A DNA stretch of 64,000 nt. Source: Betaproteobacteria bacterium. Lineage in GTDB: Bacteria > Pseudomonadota > Gammaproteobacteria > Burkholderiales > Usitatibacteraceae. The notes beneath the pieces were generated by a model. The model ran no database searches. It was not told the DNA's origin and saw only the letters and a program-made list of their open reading frames with translations. Shown one piece after another: positions 46,261-55,682 of the stretch (position 1 is its first letter; each line of letters begins with the position of its first letter). The stretch is taken from the NCBI GenBank assembly GCA_031430555.1, contig JANPBQ010000263.1, positions 650-64,649 of the forward strand, given 5' to 3'. Both the position numbers and the translations under genes were made by a program.

Positions 46261-47445
46261 TCACGCCGTGCGCCGCAGCAGCAGGCCTTTCAAGTAGTCG
46301 CCTTCCGGAAAATGGATCGCAACCGGATGATCGATTCCCGGATTGAGGCGCCGTAAAATTTGCGCGTCGATCCCCGCATCGAGCGCGGCACCGGCGACGA
46401 TTTTTTGAAACAGCTCGGCCGATATTCCGCCCGAACACGAGAACGTCATCAAATGCCCGCCCGGCCGCAGCAACTTCAGGCCTAGCAGGTTGATATCTTT
46501 GTATGCGCGCGCAGCCTTCTCCGCATGGTGCGCGGTGGGTGCGAATTTCGGCGGATCGAGAATGACGAGATCAAACGATCTCGCAGAATCGCGCAATTTC
46601 CGCAATGCCTGAAACACATCGGCCTCGAGCCATTCGGCCTTCGCCGCGTCGAGCCGATTCAAGGCGACATTGCGCTCAGCCAGCTTCAACGACGGCCCGG
46701 AGCTATCGATCGATAAAACCGAATTTGCGCCACCCATCAGCGCCGCAACACTCATCGTGCCGGTGTAGCAAAAACAATTGAGCACATCGGTATCTTTCGA
46801 CATCGCAAGCGTGAGTGCACGGTTATCGCGCTGATCGAGATAAAAACCAGTTTTGTGGCCATGCGCAATATCCACGGCAATCTGCATGCCGTTTTCTTCG
46901 ATGACGATTTCGTCGTGCAATGCTGCACCCGCGATCAGGCCTACGCGTGGCGGCAAGCCTTCCAGTTCGCGCACGTCGGCGTCGGAGCGTTCGTACACCG
47001 TTTTGGCACCCGTCGTCGCCATCAACAAACGCGCGAGCAGTTCGCGTTGCGGCTCGATGCCGGCGGTGAGCAATTGCATCACGATCACATCGCCATAGCG
47101 ATCCGCGATCAGGCCTGGCAAGCCATCCGATTCGGCGTGAATCAAGCGCATCGCGCTGGTTTGGGAGGCGAGCGGGCTTCGTAGTGTGACGGCGCGGCGA
47201 ATCCGGTCGGCGAAAAAAGCTTCGTCGATTGTGTCCGATTCATTGAACGACAACACGCGCGCGACGATCTGCGATTTCTCGCTGAACGCGACATACGCAA
47301 GAAAGCGTCCGTCGGCGGCTTCGACACGCACCACGTCGCCGGATACCGTTCCGTCGTCGATCGACTTCATTGCGCCGGAAAATATCCACGGGTGCCGGCG
47401 CAGCAACGATTTTTCGCGCCCCGCATTGACGATCAATTTTTTCAT
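46261..47445 (-). CDS. rlmI: 23S rRNA (cytosine1962-C5)-methyltransferase RlmI-like
   Basis: Starts [25 protein letters not shown] (PUA-like N-terminus). SAM-MTase motifs VLNCFCYTG and VILDPPKF. Confidence 0.85.
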   Translation of the reverse strand: MKKLIVNAGREKSLLRRHPWIFSGAMKSIDDGTVSGDVVRVEAADGRFLAYVAFSEKSQIVARVLSFNESDTIDEAFFADRIRRAVTLRSPLASQTSAMRLIHAESDGLPGLIADRYGDVIVMQLLTAGIEPQRELLARLLMATTGAKTVYERSDADVRELEGLPPRVGLIAGAALHDEIVIEENGMQIAVDIAHGHKTGFYLDQRDNRALTLAMSKDTDVLNCFCYTGTMSVAALMGGANSVLSIDSSGPSLKLAERNVALNRLDAAKAEWLEADVFQALRKLRDSARSFDLVILDPPKFAPTAHHAEKAARAYKDINLLGLKLLRPGGHLMTFSCSGGISAELFQKIVAGAALDAGIDAQILRRLNPGIDHPVAIHFPEGDYLKGLLLRRTA

Positions 47446-47492
47446 TCCGGGATTGTACCGAGCGCGCGGAACATGCACCGTATAATTTCGCC

Positions 47493-48182
47493 ATGAACGA
47501 CGAATCAAAACTGCACATGCGTCCGATCCGCAGCTTCGTATTGCGCCAGGGACGATTGTCGCCGGCGCAGGCGCGCGCGCATGAAACGCTCGCGCCGAAG
47601 TTCAAGATTGCCTTTGACGCATCGACGATTCTCGACTATCGGCAATTATTCGACAGCGATGCACCGACGGTTATTGAAATCGGTTTCGGCATGGGCGAAA
47701 GCACGGCGGCGATCGCGGCGATGTTGCCCGAGAAAAATTTCGTCGGCATCGAAGTGCATACGCCGGGTGTCGGTGCACTACTGAAGCTGATCGGCGAGAA
47801 AAATCTCACCAATGTGCGAATCATCCAGCACGACGCGGTCGAGGTGTTGAAGCACATGATCCCGGATCATTCGCTCGCGGGTTTGCATATTTTCTTTCCC
47901 GATCCGTGGCCGAAAAAGCGCCATCACAAACGACGATTGATTCAGCCAAATTTGGTTGCGCTGCTTGCGCAAAAACTTGGTCCCAATGGATATTTGCACC
48001 TCGCCACCGACTGGGAGGAGTACGCGCAACATATGCTGGAAGTATTGAGCGCCGTACCGGATCTCAAGAATACCGCGGCCGATTTCGCGCCCCGCCCCGC
48101 CTATCGCGGCACATCAGGGTTCGAGCGCAAGGGACTCGCCAAAGGTCACGGCGTGTGGGATCTGGTGTTCACGCGCACCTGA
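47493..48182 (+). CDS. trmB: tRNA (guanine46-N7)-methyltransferase
   Basis: [14 protein letters not shown] motif and the [15 protein letters not shown] signature. Confidence 0.93.
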   Translation: MNDESKLHMRPIRSFVLRQGRLSPAQARAHETLAPKFKIAFDASTILDYRQLFDSDAPTVIEIGFGMGESTAAIAAMLPEKNFVGIEVHTPGVGALLKLIGEKNLTNVRIIQHDAVEVLKHMIPDHSLAGLHIFFPDPWPKKRHHKRRLIQPNLVALLAQKLGPNGYLHLATDWEEYAQHMLEVLSAVPDLKNTAADFAPRPAYRGTSGFERKGLAKGHGVWDLVFTRT

Positions 48183-48208
48183 AACCAAATCGGTCGCTCG
48201 CGAGTAAG

Positions 48209-48940
48209 ATGGATTCACAACGAATTTTTCAGGAGTCACAAAACGTGTCGATCAAACCGTCCCGCCGCACCACGCTGAAGCAACTTGCCGCCCTCGGCCT
48301 GCTCGGCCCCGCCGGCATTTCCGGATTTATTCAAGAAGCGTTGGCAAAGGGTGATTCGCCGGTGGTGTCAGGCATTCAGTCGCTCACCGGCAGCGCCACC
48401 ATCAATGGCCGCGACGCGAAAGTCGGCAGCGCGGTCAATCCCGGCGACAAAGTTGCCACCGGCAAAGACAGCCTCGCGGTGGTGGTCGTCGGCAAGGATG
48501 CCTACCTGTTGCGCGACGGCACCAACGTCACATTCGAGCAAAGCAAATCGAGCCCGGGCGTGCTGGAAACAGTATTAATTTCAACCGGAAAAGTGCTCTC
48601 GGTGTTCGCCAAACGCACCGATGGCGGCGTACGCGTTCGTGCGGCCAATGCAACGATCGGCATTCGCGGCACCGGCTGCTATATCGAGGTGCAGGAAGCG
48701 CGCACCTACTTTTGCCTCTGCTATGGCGAGGCCGCAATCGACGGCGTTGGCATGGCGCAATCGAAAATCATCAAGACCACACACCATGAAAGCCCGGTGT
48801 GGCTCGATGATCGTGGCGGCGTGATGAAAGTGGAGAACGCCGGCTTCGTGAACCACAACGACAGTGAACTCATCATGCTTGAAAAGCTCTGCGGGCGCGA
48901 ACCGCCGTTTGTCGCATTGGGGTTGACGGGCAGATACTAA
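48209..48940 (+). CDS. Tat-signal FecR-domain-like periplasmic protein
   Basis: Twin-arginine leader SRRTTLKQLAALGLLGPAG, then a beta-rich region (GSATINGRDAKVGSAVNPGDKVATGKDS..VVVVGKDAYLLRDGTNV) resembling a FecR domain. The longer ORF from 47906 overlaps trmB and is rejected. Confidence 0.55.
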   Translation: MDSQRIFQESQNVSIKPSRRTTLKQLAALGLLGPAGISGFIQEALAKGDSPVVSGIQSLTGSATINGRDAKVGSAVNPGDKVATGKDSLAVVVVGKDAYLLRDGTNVTFEQSKSSPGVLETVLISTGKVLSVFAKRTDGGVRVRAANATIGIRGTGCYIEVQEARTYFCLCYGEAAIDGVGMAQSKIIKTTHHESPVWLDDRGGVMKVENAGFVNHNDSELIMLEKLCGREPPFVALGLTGRY

Positions 48941-49003
48941 AGTCCAGCATTGGTGCGGTGTTTGGCGGCATTTCAAGCGAAAACGCCCGCCGAATATAGG
49001 GTT

Positions 49004-49786
49004 TTACGGGCTTTTGCTAGGAAGATTTCCGTAAAATACCCGCGTATCGTACTCAAACGCAACGCGGCCATTCACCGCGTGCGAGGCGAATATTTCGCGC
49101 GCACGCGCCGCCATCGCCTCATGTCGCGCATCGCCGCGACCGGGCATGTATGAAGCAGAATTGAGCCGCCCGATCAAGCCATCGAAGTCAACGCGTTGCG
49201 CATTTTTGAACGTTGCTGCAGTCGGCGGCACGCCAAAGAATGCAGCGAATACGCCCTCGTCCCTCACATTCTTGTGCTCGATTTCGTTATAGTCGTTGCC
49301 GAACTCCTGCAACATTGCTTCGTAATCGCGCAAGAACGGCGTGGAATCAATTCGGCGATCATTCCAGATCAGCACCACCCAGCCCGCAGGCTTCAGGATG
49401 CGCTGAAATTCGGCACGGGCCTTTGCTTGGTCGAACCAGTGAAATGCTTGCGCGGCGAGAATGAAATCCATCGATTGTGGCGGCAGACGTGTAGCATCTG
49501 AAGTGCCATCGACGCTGGTGAAGCGCGCGAACTCAGCCAGATAGTGCTCGCCGCCTTCGCGCATTTCGCGATTGGGTTCCACGCCGACCACCGGGTTGCC
49601 GTTTTCCAAGAACAATCTAGTGAGAATGCCGGTGCCGGAGCCGATATCGGCAATGACACTTTCGGGCGTGAGGCCGCATTTCTCCGCAAGGAGATCGAGA
49701 ATCTCGGCGGGATAATGCGGGCGGTATTTGATGTAGTCAGCGACGCGCGAGGAGAAGCGCGTGGTGGAATTTTTGGCGGGCATCAT
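49004..49786 (-). CDS. class I SAM-dependent methyltransferase
   Basis: Starts MMPAKNSTTRFSSRVADYIKYRPHYP; motif I VIADIGSGTGILT. The upstream ORF extension to 49981 is rejected. Confidence 0.8.
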   Translation of the reverse strand: MMPAKNSTTRFSSRVADYIKYRPHYPAEILDLLAEKCGLTPESVIADIGSGTGILTRLFLENGNPVVGVEPNREMREGGEHYLAEFARFTSVDGTSDATRLPPQSMDFILAAQAFHWFDQAKARAEFQRILKPAGWVVLIWNDRRIDSTPFLRDYEAMLQEFGNDYNEIEHKNVRDEGVFAAFFGVPPTAATFKNAQRVDFDGLIGRLNSASYMPGRGDARHEAMAARAREIFASHAVNGRVAFEYDTRVFYGNLPSKSP

Positions 49787-49794
49787 TGCGCTTT

Positions 49795-51606
49795 CTAAAA
49801 CCAGCTCACTTTCATATCGAGTGTCGTCGTGTCGATCGACTCCAGCAAATTCAGCATCGGCCGCACCTTGGGCAATTCCCAGCGGATGAAATATTGGCAG
49901 GCCTGCATTTTGCCGCGATAGAAATCGTCGTGGCGGTTCGGTGCCGCCGCAGCAGCGAGTGCTTGGTCGATCCAGATCCACGCCATTACGATGTGGCCGA
50001 ATGCTTCCAGATAGATGGAAGCGTTGGCGAGCGTTTTGTTGATGTCGCCGGCGGCGTGAAGATCACGCGTGGTTTCGACCAGATGATCGAGCAGACTGAA
50101 AACCTCGCCGACCAGCTCGGTGAGATCGCCATCTTCATCCGCCGCATGCAGTGTGGCTTCGATGCGCGACACCAGAAGCTTGAACGCGGCGCCATCTTGC
50201 ATCACCACTTTGCGACCGAGCAAATCAAGCCCCTGAATGCCGTGCGTGCCTTCGTGGATCGGATTCAATCGATTGTCGCGATAGAACTGCTCGACCGGAA
50301 AATCGCGCGTGTAGCCGTAGCCGCCGTGTACTTGAATCGCGAGGCTGTTGCCTTCGAGACACCATTGCGAGGGCCAGCTCTTGGCGATCGGCGTCAGGAT
50401 ATCCAGCAGCAGAGTTGCATCGCGGCGCGTGGATTCCTGTTCGGCGGTTTTTTCATCGTCGACCAATTTCGCACAATAGAGATTCAGCGCGAGCGCACCT
50501 TCGGCATAGGATTTTTGCGCGAGCAGCATGCGCTTCACGTCGGCGTGTTCGATGATCGCAATTTGCGCGGCACTTGGATCTTTCGCCAGCGGGTTTCTGC
50601 CCTGCGTGCGGTTGCGCGCGTAATCGAGCGAATGCAGGTATCCGGTGTAGCCCAGCATGGTGGCGCCAAGGCCGACGCCGATGCGCGCTTCGTTCATCAT
50701 GTGGAACATGCACGCGAGCCCTTTGCCCGCTTCACCGACCAGATAACCGATGGCACCGGCTTGGCCGCCGGGTGTCCATTTGCCTTCGCCGAAATTCAGC
50801 AGCGTATTCACGGTGCCGCGATAACCCATTTTGTGATTGAGACCGGCCAGCGCGACGTCGTTGCGTTCACCCAGCGTGCCATCGGGATTAACCAGAAATT
50901 TCGGCACGACAAATAGTGAAATGCCTTTGACGCCGGGGATCAATTTGCCATCCGGCGCGGGCAATTTGGCGAGCACCAGGTGAATGATGTTCTCGGTCAA
51001 ATCGTGTTCGCCGCCGGAAATCCACATCTTGTTGCCGGTAAGGCGATAAACACCATTGCCATCGGGTTCGGCGCGCGTCTTGATGTCGGAGAGCGATGAG
51101 CCCGCCTGCGGCTCGGACAAACACATGGTGCCGAAGTAGCGCCCGGCGAGCATCGGCTTCACGAACCGCTCGATTTGCTCCGGCGTGCCGTGCGCGAGCA
51201 ACAGGTTGGCGTTGCCGATGGTGAGAAACGGGTATCCCGCCGTCGCGACATTGGCACCCATAAACCACGCCAGGCAGGCTTTTTCGACGACGGTGGGTAG
51301 CTGCATGCCACCGAGGTCGTAATCGTGCCCTGCGGCCATCATTCCGGCAGCCGCAAAAGCATCGAGCGCGGGTTTGATCTCCGGAATCAGGTGAACTCGT
51401 TCGCCATCAAAGTGTGGCTCGTTCAAGTCGGCCTTGCGATTGTGCGGCGCGAACAGGTCGGTGGCGATCTGTTCGCTGATTTTCAGCGCCGCATTGAAGG
51501 TTTCGCGCGAATGGTCGGCGTAGCGCGGGCGCGCGGTCATGGCTTCGACGTCGAGCCATTCGTAGAGCAGGAATTCGATATCGCGGGCGGAGAGAATATT
51601 GCTCAT
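49795..51606 (-). CDS. large acyl-CoA dehydrogenase (about 600 aa)
   Basis: Starts MSNILSARDIEFLLYEWL, with ACAD middle and C-terminal domain patterns (GMNHKMGYRG; VHGGYGYTRDFPVEQFYRD). Its ATGA overlaps the upstream gene's stop. Confidence 0.88.
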   Translation of the reverse strand: MSNILSARDIEFLLYEWLDVEAMTARPRYADHSRETFNAALKISEQIATDLFAPHNRKADLNEPHFDGERVHLIPEIKPALDAFAAAGMMAAGHDYDLGGMQLPTVVEKACLAWFMGANVATAGYPFLTIGNANLLLAHGTPEQIERFVKPMLAGRYFGTMCLSEPQAGSSLSDIKTRAEPDGNGVYRLTGNKMWISGGEHDLTENIIHLVLAKLPAPDGKLIPGVKGISLFVVPKFLVNPDGTLGERNDVALAGLNHKMGYRGTVNTLLNFGEGKWTPGGQAGAIGYLVGEAGKGLACMFHMMNEARIGVGLGATMLGYTGYLHSLDYARNRTQGRNPLAKDPSAAQIAIIEHADVKRMLLAQKSYAEGALALNLYCAKLVDDEKTAEQESTRRDATLLLDILTPIAKSWPSQWCLEGNSLAIQVHGGYGYTRDFPVEQFYRDNRLNPIHEGTHGIQGLDLLGRKVVMQDGAAFKLLVSRIEATLHAADEDGDLTELVGEVFSLLDHLVETTRDLHAAGDINKTLANASIYLEAFGHIVMAWIWIDQALAAAAAPNRHDDFYRGKMQACQYFIRWELPKVRPMLNLLESIDTTTLDMKVSWF

Positions 51607-53708
51607 GATGGGTTGAACGTTTTTCCATTGGCTGCAAGCTGTGCCAGCAGCGGCGCGGGCGACCAGAATTGCGGGTCGGCATGCTGATTTTGCGCGAAAC
51701 CTTTCATCGTGTTCACCACGTTGGCCAATCCAACTTGATCCGCGTAATGCATCGGCCCGCCACGCCAAAGCGGAAATCCGTAGCCGGTGAGATAGATCAC
51801 ATCAATATCGGAAGCGCGCTGGGCAATGCGTTCTTCAAGTATGTGCGTGGCTTCCGCCACCAGCGAATACACGAGGCGCTCGACAATTTCTTCTTCTTCA
51901 ATTGCGCGCGATTCGATGCCGATGCTTTCGCGATGATTGGCAAGGATTGCGCCGACGGTCGGCGATGGGTACGCGGTGCGGTCACCTGCTTTGTAGTCGT
52001 ACCAACCGGCACCGGTCTTTTGCCCAAAGCGGCCTTGCTCGCACAAGCAGTCGGCCGCTTGCGAATATTTCATCGCAGGATTTTCCACATAGCGACGTTT
52101 GCGGATGTACCAGCCGATATCGTTGCCCGCGAGATCGCTCATGCGAAACGGCCCCATCGCGAAACCGAATGCCTCGATGGCGTTGTCAATTTGTTCGACC
52201 GATGCACCTTCATCAAGCATAAACATCGCCTGCCGCAAATATTGCTCGATCATGCGATTGCCGATGAAACCGTCGCAGACGCCGGACACCGCCGCCGTTT
52301 TGCCGATCTTCTTGGCGAGTCTCATCACCGTCATCAGCACGTCGTTCGCGGTTTTTTTCCCACGCACCACTTCGAGCAGCTTCATCACATTCGCCGGGCT
52401 GAAGAAATGCATGCCGATGACATCCTGCGGGCGCTTTGTAAACAGCGCGATGCGATTCAGATCGAGCGTGGACGTATTGCTCGCGAGGATCGCGCCTGGT
52501 TTCATGACGCGATCCAGCGATTCAAAGACTTGTTGTTTGACGCTGATATCCTCGAATACCGCTTCGATGGCGAGATCGGTTTTGCCTAACTCTTCATACG
52601 CGAGTGTCGGCGTCAACAAACTCATGCGCTGATTCAATTGTTCTGCCGTGAGTTTGCCCTTGTTGACGGTGTTTTCGTAGTTTTTGCGAATGGTCGCCAC
52701 ACCGCGATCAAGCGCGTCTTGTTTCATTTCCAGCAGCACCACAGGGATACCGGCATTGAGAAAATTCATCGCGATGCCGCCGCCCATGGTGCCGGCCCCG
52801 ATCACGGCGACGGACTGGATCGACCGCGCGATGGTGGATTCGGGCACGCCGGGGATTTTGTTTGCGGCGCGCTCGGCGAAAAAGGTGTGACGCAGCGCCG
52901 CCGATTCGGGGGTCGGAAGCAGTTCGGTGAACAGTCTGAATTCGTAGGCGAGACCGTCGTCGAAATTCATATCGATCGCGGCTTCGACGGCATCGATGCA
53001 TTTGTGCGGCGCAGGGAAATGTTTGTTGGTGGCCAATTGTTTGGCGCGCGCAGCGGCGAAAAATTGTTTGGCGTTTGGGATGTCGATTTTCATGTCGCGT
53101 ACGCGCGGTAATTTGCTTCCATTGGCAATCACCTCATTGGCGAAAGCCAATACACCGCCAAGAAAATCGCCTTCGATCACTTTGTCGATTGCGCCGTTTT
53201 CAGCGAGCACTGCCGATTTCACCGGCTCACCGGTGACGATCATTTTCAATGCCAACTCGATGCCTGCCGGGCCTTGCAACACGCGCGGCAAACGCTGCGT
53301 ACCCCCTGCGCCGGGCAAAATGCCGATTTTCACTTCCGGCAGGCCGATCATGACGCCAGGTGCGGCGACGCGGTAGTGGCAACCGAGCGAAATCTCGGTG
53401 CCGCCACCCATGCAGACGCCGTTGATGGCGGCGATGACCGGTTTTGGGCTCGCTTCAATGCTTGCAATGATGTTGTGCAAATTTGGCGATTGCATGCCGA
53501 TGGGTTTACCGAATTCAGTGATGTCGGCACCGCCGGTGAAAACGTTGCCGGTGGCCGTGATGACGATGGCTTTGACATTGGTATCGGCCAGTGCCGCGTC
53601 AATGCCCGCCACGATGGCTTGGCGCGTGGCAAAGCCCATGCTGTTGATGGGTGGGTTGGCGAGGGTGATGACGGCGATGTTTTGGTGGGTTTGGTAGTGG
53701 GCGGTCAT
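51603..53708 (-). CDS. fused enoyl-CoA hydratase / 3-hydroxyacyl-CoA dehydrogenase
   Basis: N-terminal crotonase fold (IAVITLANPPINS..FTGGADITEF), then the NAD-binding VAVIGAGTMGGGIA and 3HCDH C-terminal domains. ATG at 53708. Confidence 0.9.
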   Translation of the reverse strand: MTAHYQTHQNIAVITLANPPINSMGFATRQAIVAGIDAALADTNVKAIVITATGNVFTGGADITEFGKPIGMQSPNLHNIIASIEASPKPVIAAINGVCMGGGTEISLGCHYRVAAPGVMIGLPEVKIGILPGAGGTQRLPRVLQGPAGIELALKMIVTGEPVKSAVLAENGAIDKVIEGDFLGGVLAFANEVIANGSKLPRVRDMKIDIPNAKQFFAAARAKQLATNKHFPAPHKCIDAVEAAIDMNFDDGLAYEFRLFTELLPTPESAALRHTFFAERAANKIPGVPESTIARSIQSVAVIGAGTMGGGIAMNFLNAGIPVVLLEMKQDALDRGVATIRKNYENTVNKGKLTAEQLNQRMSLLTPTLAYEELGKTDLAIEAVFEDISVKQQVFESLDRVMKPGAILASNTSTLDLNRIALFTKRPQDVIGMHFFSPANVMKLLEVVRGKKTANDVLMTVMRLAKKIGKTAAVSGVCDGFIGNRMIEQYLRQAMFMLDEGASVEQIDNAIEAFGFAMGPFRMSDLAGNDIGWYIRKRRYVENPAMKYSQAADCLCEQGRFGQKTGAGWYDYKAGDRTAYPSPTVGAILANHRESIGIESRAIEEEEIVERLVYSLVAEATHILEERIAQRASDIDVIYLTGYGFPLWRGGPMHYADQVGLANVVNTMKGFAQNQHADPQFWSPAPLLAQLAANGKTFNPS

Positions 53709-53820
53709 TTGGGGCAGGGAATTAAAAGTCGAATTGTTTGTTTGATTTCTTGTTATCCCGGCACGGATGTCCGGCCAATTCAAATCCTTCGCCTTGCTCA
53801 ATTTGAGGACGTAAATTGGG

Positions 53821-53869
53821 TCCCCGCCTGCGCGGGGACTGCGATGAAAATTGCTTTGGCAATTTTCAT
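53821..53869. repeat. REP-like hairpins
   Basis: TCCCCGC-CTGC-GCGGGGA (53821-53838) and the perfect palindrome ATGAAAATTGC-TTTG-GCAATTTTCAT (53844-53869), which overlaps the SDR gene stop. Confidence 0.5.
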
Positions 53870-54624
53870 CTTGGCTTTCTCGGCATGCGCGAAAACACAC
53901 GGTCGTACAACCAATTTGGCACGATGCGTAAAACCCGCGCGGCGATGCCCATCGTCCAGGGGATCACGGTGAAGCTGGTCTTCAAATCAATGGCGCGGGC
54001 GAATCGCCGTACCGCTTCATCGACATCGATCAGGAACGGCATTTTGAATTTGTTTACCGCCGTCATCGGTGTGCGGATATAGCCGGGGCAGATGGTGACC
54101 ACCGAGACGCCGCTGCCGCGCAATTCCACCCGCAACGATTCGCAATAAGTGATCGCCGCCGACTTCGACGCGGAATAGGCGCCACCGCCGGGAATGCCGC
54201 GAAAACCGGCGACACTGGCGATGCCGACCAAGGTGCCTTTGCCGGCGTTGCGCATCGGCACAATGAAGGGATGAAACGTATTCACCATTCCCATGACGTT
54301 GATATCCATGATTTCCTGAAATGCTCTCAGGTCATCCTCGATTTCGGTCAACGTACCGCGCGAAACGCCAGCATTGGCAATGACGATATCGGGAACGCCA
54401 CATCGCGAAATAAAATCGGCGGCGGCCTCTTTGAGCGCGCGCGCATCTCGTACATCGAGCGCGTAGGTCATCGGACGCGGTTGAAGATTCGCGGCGAGTT
54501 TATCGAGAAAGTCCCGCCGCCGCGCAACCACGCCAACTTGATAGCCGCGCGATGCGTAGTGTCGGGCAAGCGATTCGCCGATACCGGATGATGCGCCGGT
54601 GATGAAAACGGTTTGAGCGGTCAT
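53866..54624 (-). CDS. SDR-family oxidoreductase
   Basis: TGASSGIG cofactor motif and the YSASK catalytic motif; 252 aa. Confidence 0.9.
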   Translation of the reverse strand: MTAQTVFITGASSGIGESLARHYASRGYQVGVVARRRDFLDKLAANLQPRPMTYALDVRDARALKEAAADFISRCGVPDIVIANAGVSRGTLTEIEDDLRAFQEIMDINVMGMVNTFHPFIVPMRNAGKGTLVGIASVAGFRGIPGGGAYSASKSAAITYCESLRVELRGSGVSVVTICPGYIRTPMTAVNKFKMPFLIDVDEAVRRFARAIDLKTSFTVIPWTMGIAARVLRIVPNWLYDRVFSRMPRKPR

Positions 54625-54674
54625 GTCGCCATTTTACGCGGGCCGCCGGTGGGGCATTCATCCGCGCAGCGAAC

Positions 54675-54704
54675 AAAAAAAACGGGCCGGAAATTTCCGG
54701 CCCG
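54675..54704 (-). terminator. rho-independent terminator of dsbA
   Basis: Perfect palindrome CGGGCCGGAAATTTCCGGCCCG (54683-54704), followed on the minus strand by T8 (54675-54682). Confidence 0.8.
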
Positions 54705-54733
54705 CGTCGCTACCTTGTCAACGATTCAATCGA

Positions 54734-55477
54734 CTATTTCTTCTTGGCGGGTGCGGGTGCGGGTGCGGGTGCGGGTGCGGATGCGGGCACGGGTCCGGCC
54801 GGCGCGGCGGCGGGTGCTGCCGTCACGGCCGGCTTGTTGTTCGCGCGCGCGACGGCGATCAACTGGTCGACGTTGGCGAAAACATATTCGCCGCCGCCCG
54901 CGAGCAAATGTCGGCCATTGACCGCAAGCGATGGCGTCGACTCGATGCGGTAGTCACTGTTGATTTTGCGGGCGCGATTGACCTTCGTTTGCACTGAAAA
55001 CGAACGCATCATTTCCTCGTATTTCTTCGGATCCACGCCTTGTTTTTCCAGCCACTTGTTCAACGTGGCCGGATTGCCAAGCATCACGTTTTCCACGTTT
55101 GCCGCGTCGAACAATTTTTGGTGCAACTTTTCCAGTACGCCCATCGCCTCCAGTGTGTAGAAGATCGGCGCGGAATCGATGCCGCGTGAGGGATAGGTGG
55201 CGGGAACGCGCTTGACTTTCACGTCAGGCGGCAATTTGGCGCTCCAGTCGGCCAGACGCGGCTCCAATGCAGCGCAATGAATGCAGCCATAGGCAAAAAA
55301 TTCCAGCACTTCGATCTTGCCGTCGTTATCCACCGGCTGTGGGGGATTCACGGGAACGGCTTCGCGCGGGATGCCCTGCGCGTAGGCATTGTTGATGGCA
55401 AGGCTGCCGATCGCAAACAGCGAGACGGCGGCAAGGATTGCGGCGCTGGCGCGTTGAATTCGGGTGGTGAAGTTCAT
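54734..55477 (-). CDS. dsbA: thiol:disulfide interchange protein DsbA with Pro/Ala-rich C-terminal tail
   Basis: Signal peptide MNFTTRIQRASAAILAAVSLFAIG, thioredoxin motif FFAYGCIHCAALEP, and tail AAPAAAPAGPVPASAPAPAPAPAPAKKK. The ORF extension to 55624 is rejected. Confidence 0.88.
   Translation of the reverse strand: MNFTTRIQRASAAILAAVSLFAIGSLAINNAYAQGIPREAVPVNPPQPVDNDGKIEVLEFFAYGCIHCAALEPRLADWSAKLPPDVKVKRVPATYPSRGIDSAPIFYTLEAMGVLEKLHQKLFDAANVENVMLGNPATLNKWLEKQGVDPKKYEEMMRSFSVQTKVNRARKINSDYRIESTPSLAVNGRHLLAGGGEYVFANVDQLIAVARANNKPAVTAAPAAAPAGPVPASAPAPAPAPAPAKKK
54747..54788. repeat. hexanucleotide microsatellite (GCGGGT)5 plus two degenerate units
   Basis: Five perfect GCGGGT units at 54747-54776, then GCGGAT and GCGGGC. 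It is in frame and encodes the (AP)n tail of DsbA. Confidence 0.9.
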
Positions 55478-55516
55478 TGTTTTTCCTGTTGACGATGGGA
55501 TTGAGCAATAGGGCTT

Positions 55517-55682
55517 TAGCAGCCGGTCGGACTTAAGGAGAATCGGCTGCAAAATGACCTGGCCGGTGCATATTTCGCCGCTTATCCACGCCAATGGAAC
55601 AACCATTGGCTTGAAAATCGTCAAAATCTGCCCTCGCCCAGCTCATTTTTCGCTTCGATTCCTTAAGTCCGACAGGCTGCTA
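55517..55682. repeat. 23-bp inverted repeat pair enclosing 120 bp
   Basis: TAGCAGCCGGTCGGACTTAAGGA (55517-55539) versus TCCTTAAGTCCGACAGGCTGCTA (55660-55682), with one mismatch. The right arm overlaps the stop codon of the SPOR gene and the left arm lies about 40 nt upstream of the dsbA ATG. Confidence 0.75.

Noticed and set aside
54747-54788. Short regular GC-rich repeats as a possible CRISPR or phase-variation tract.
   Set aside because: The units are 6 nt with no spacers and lie in frame inside dsbA, encoding (AP)n. Slippage cannot shift the frame, so this is not a CRISPR array and not an on/off switch.
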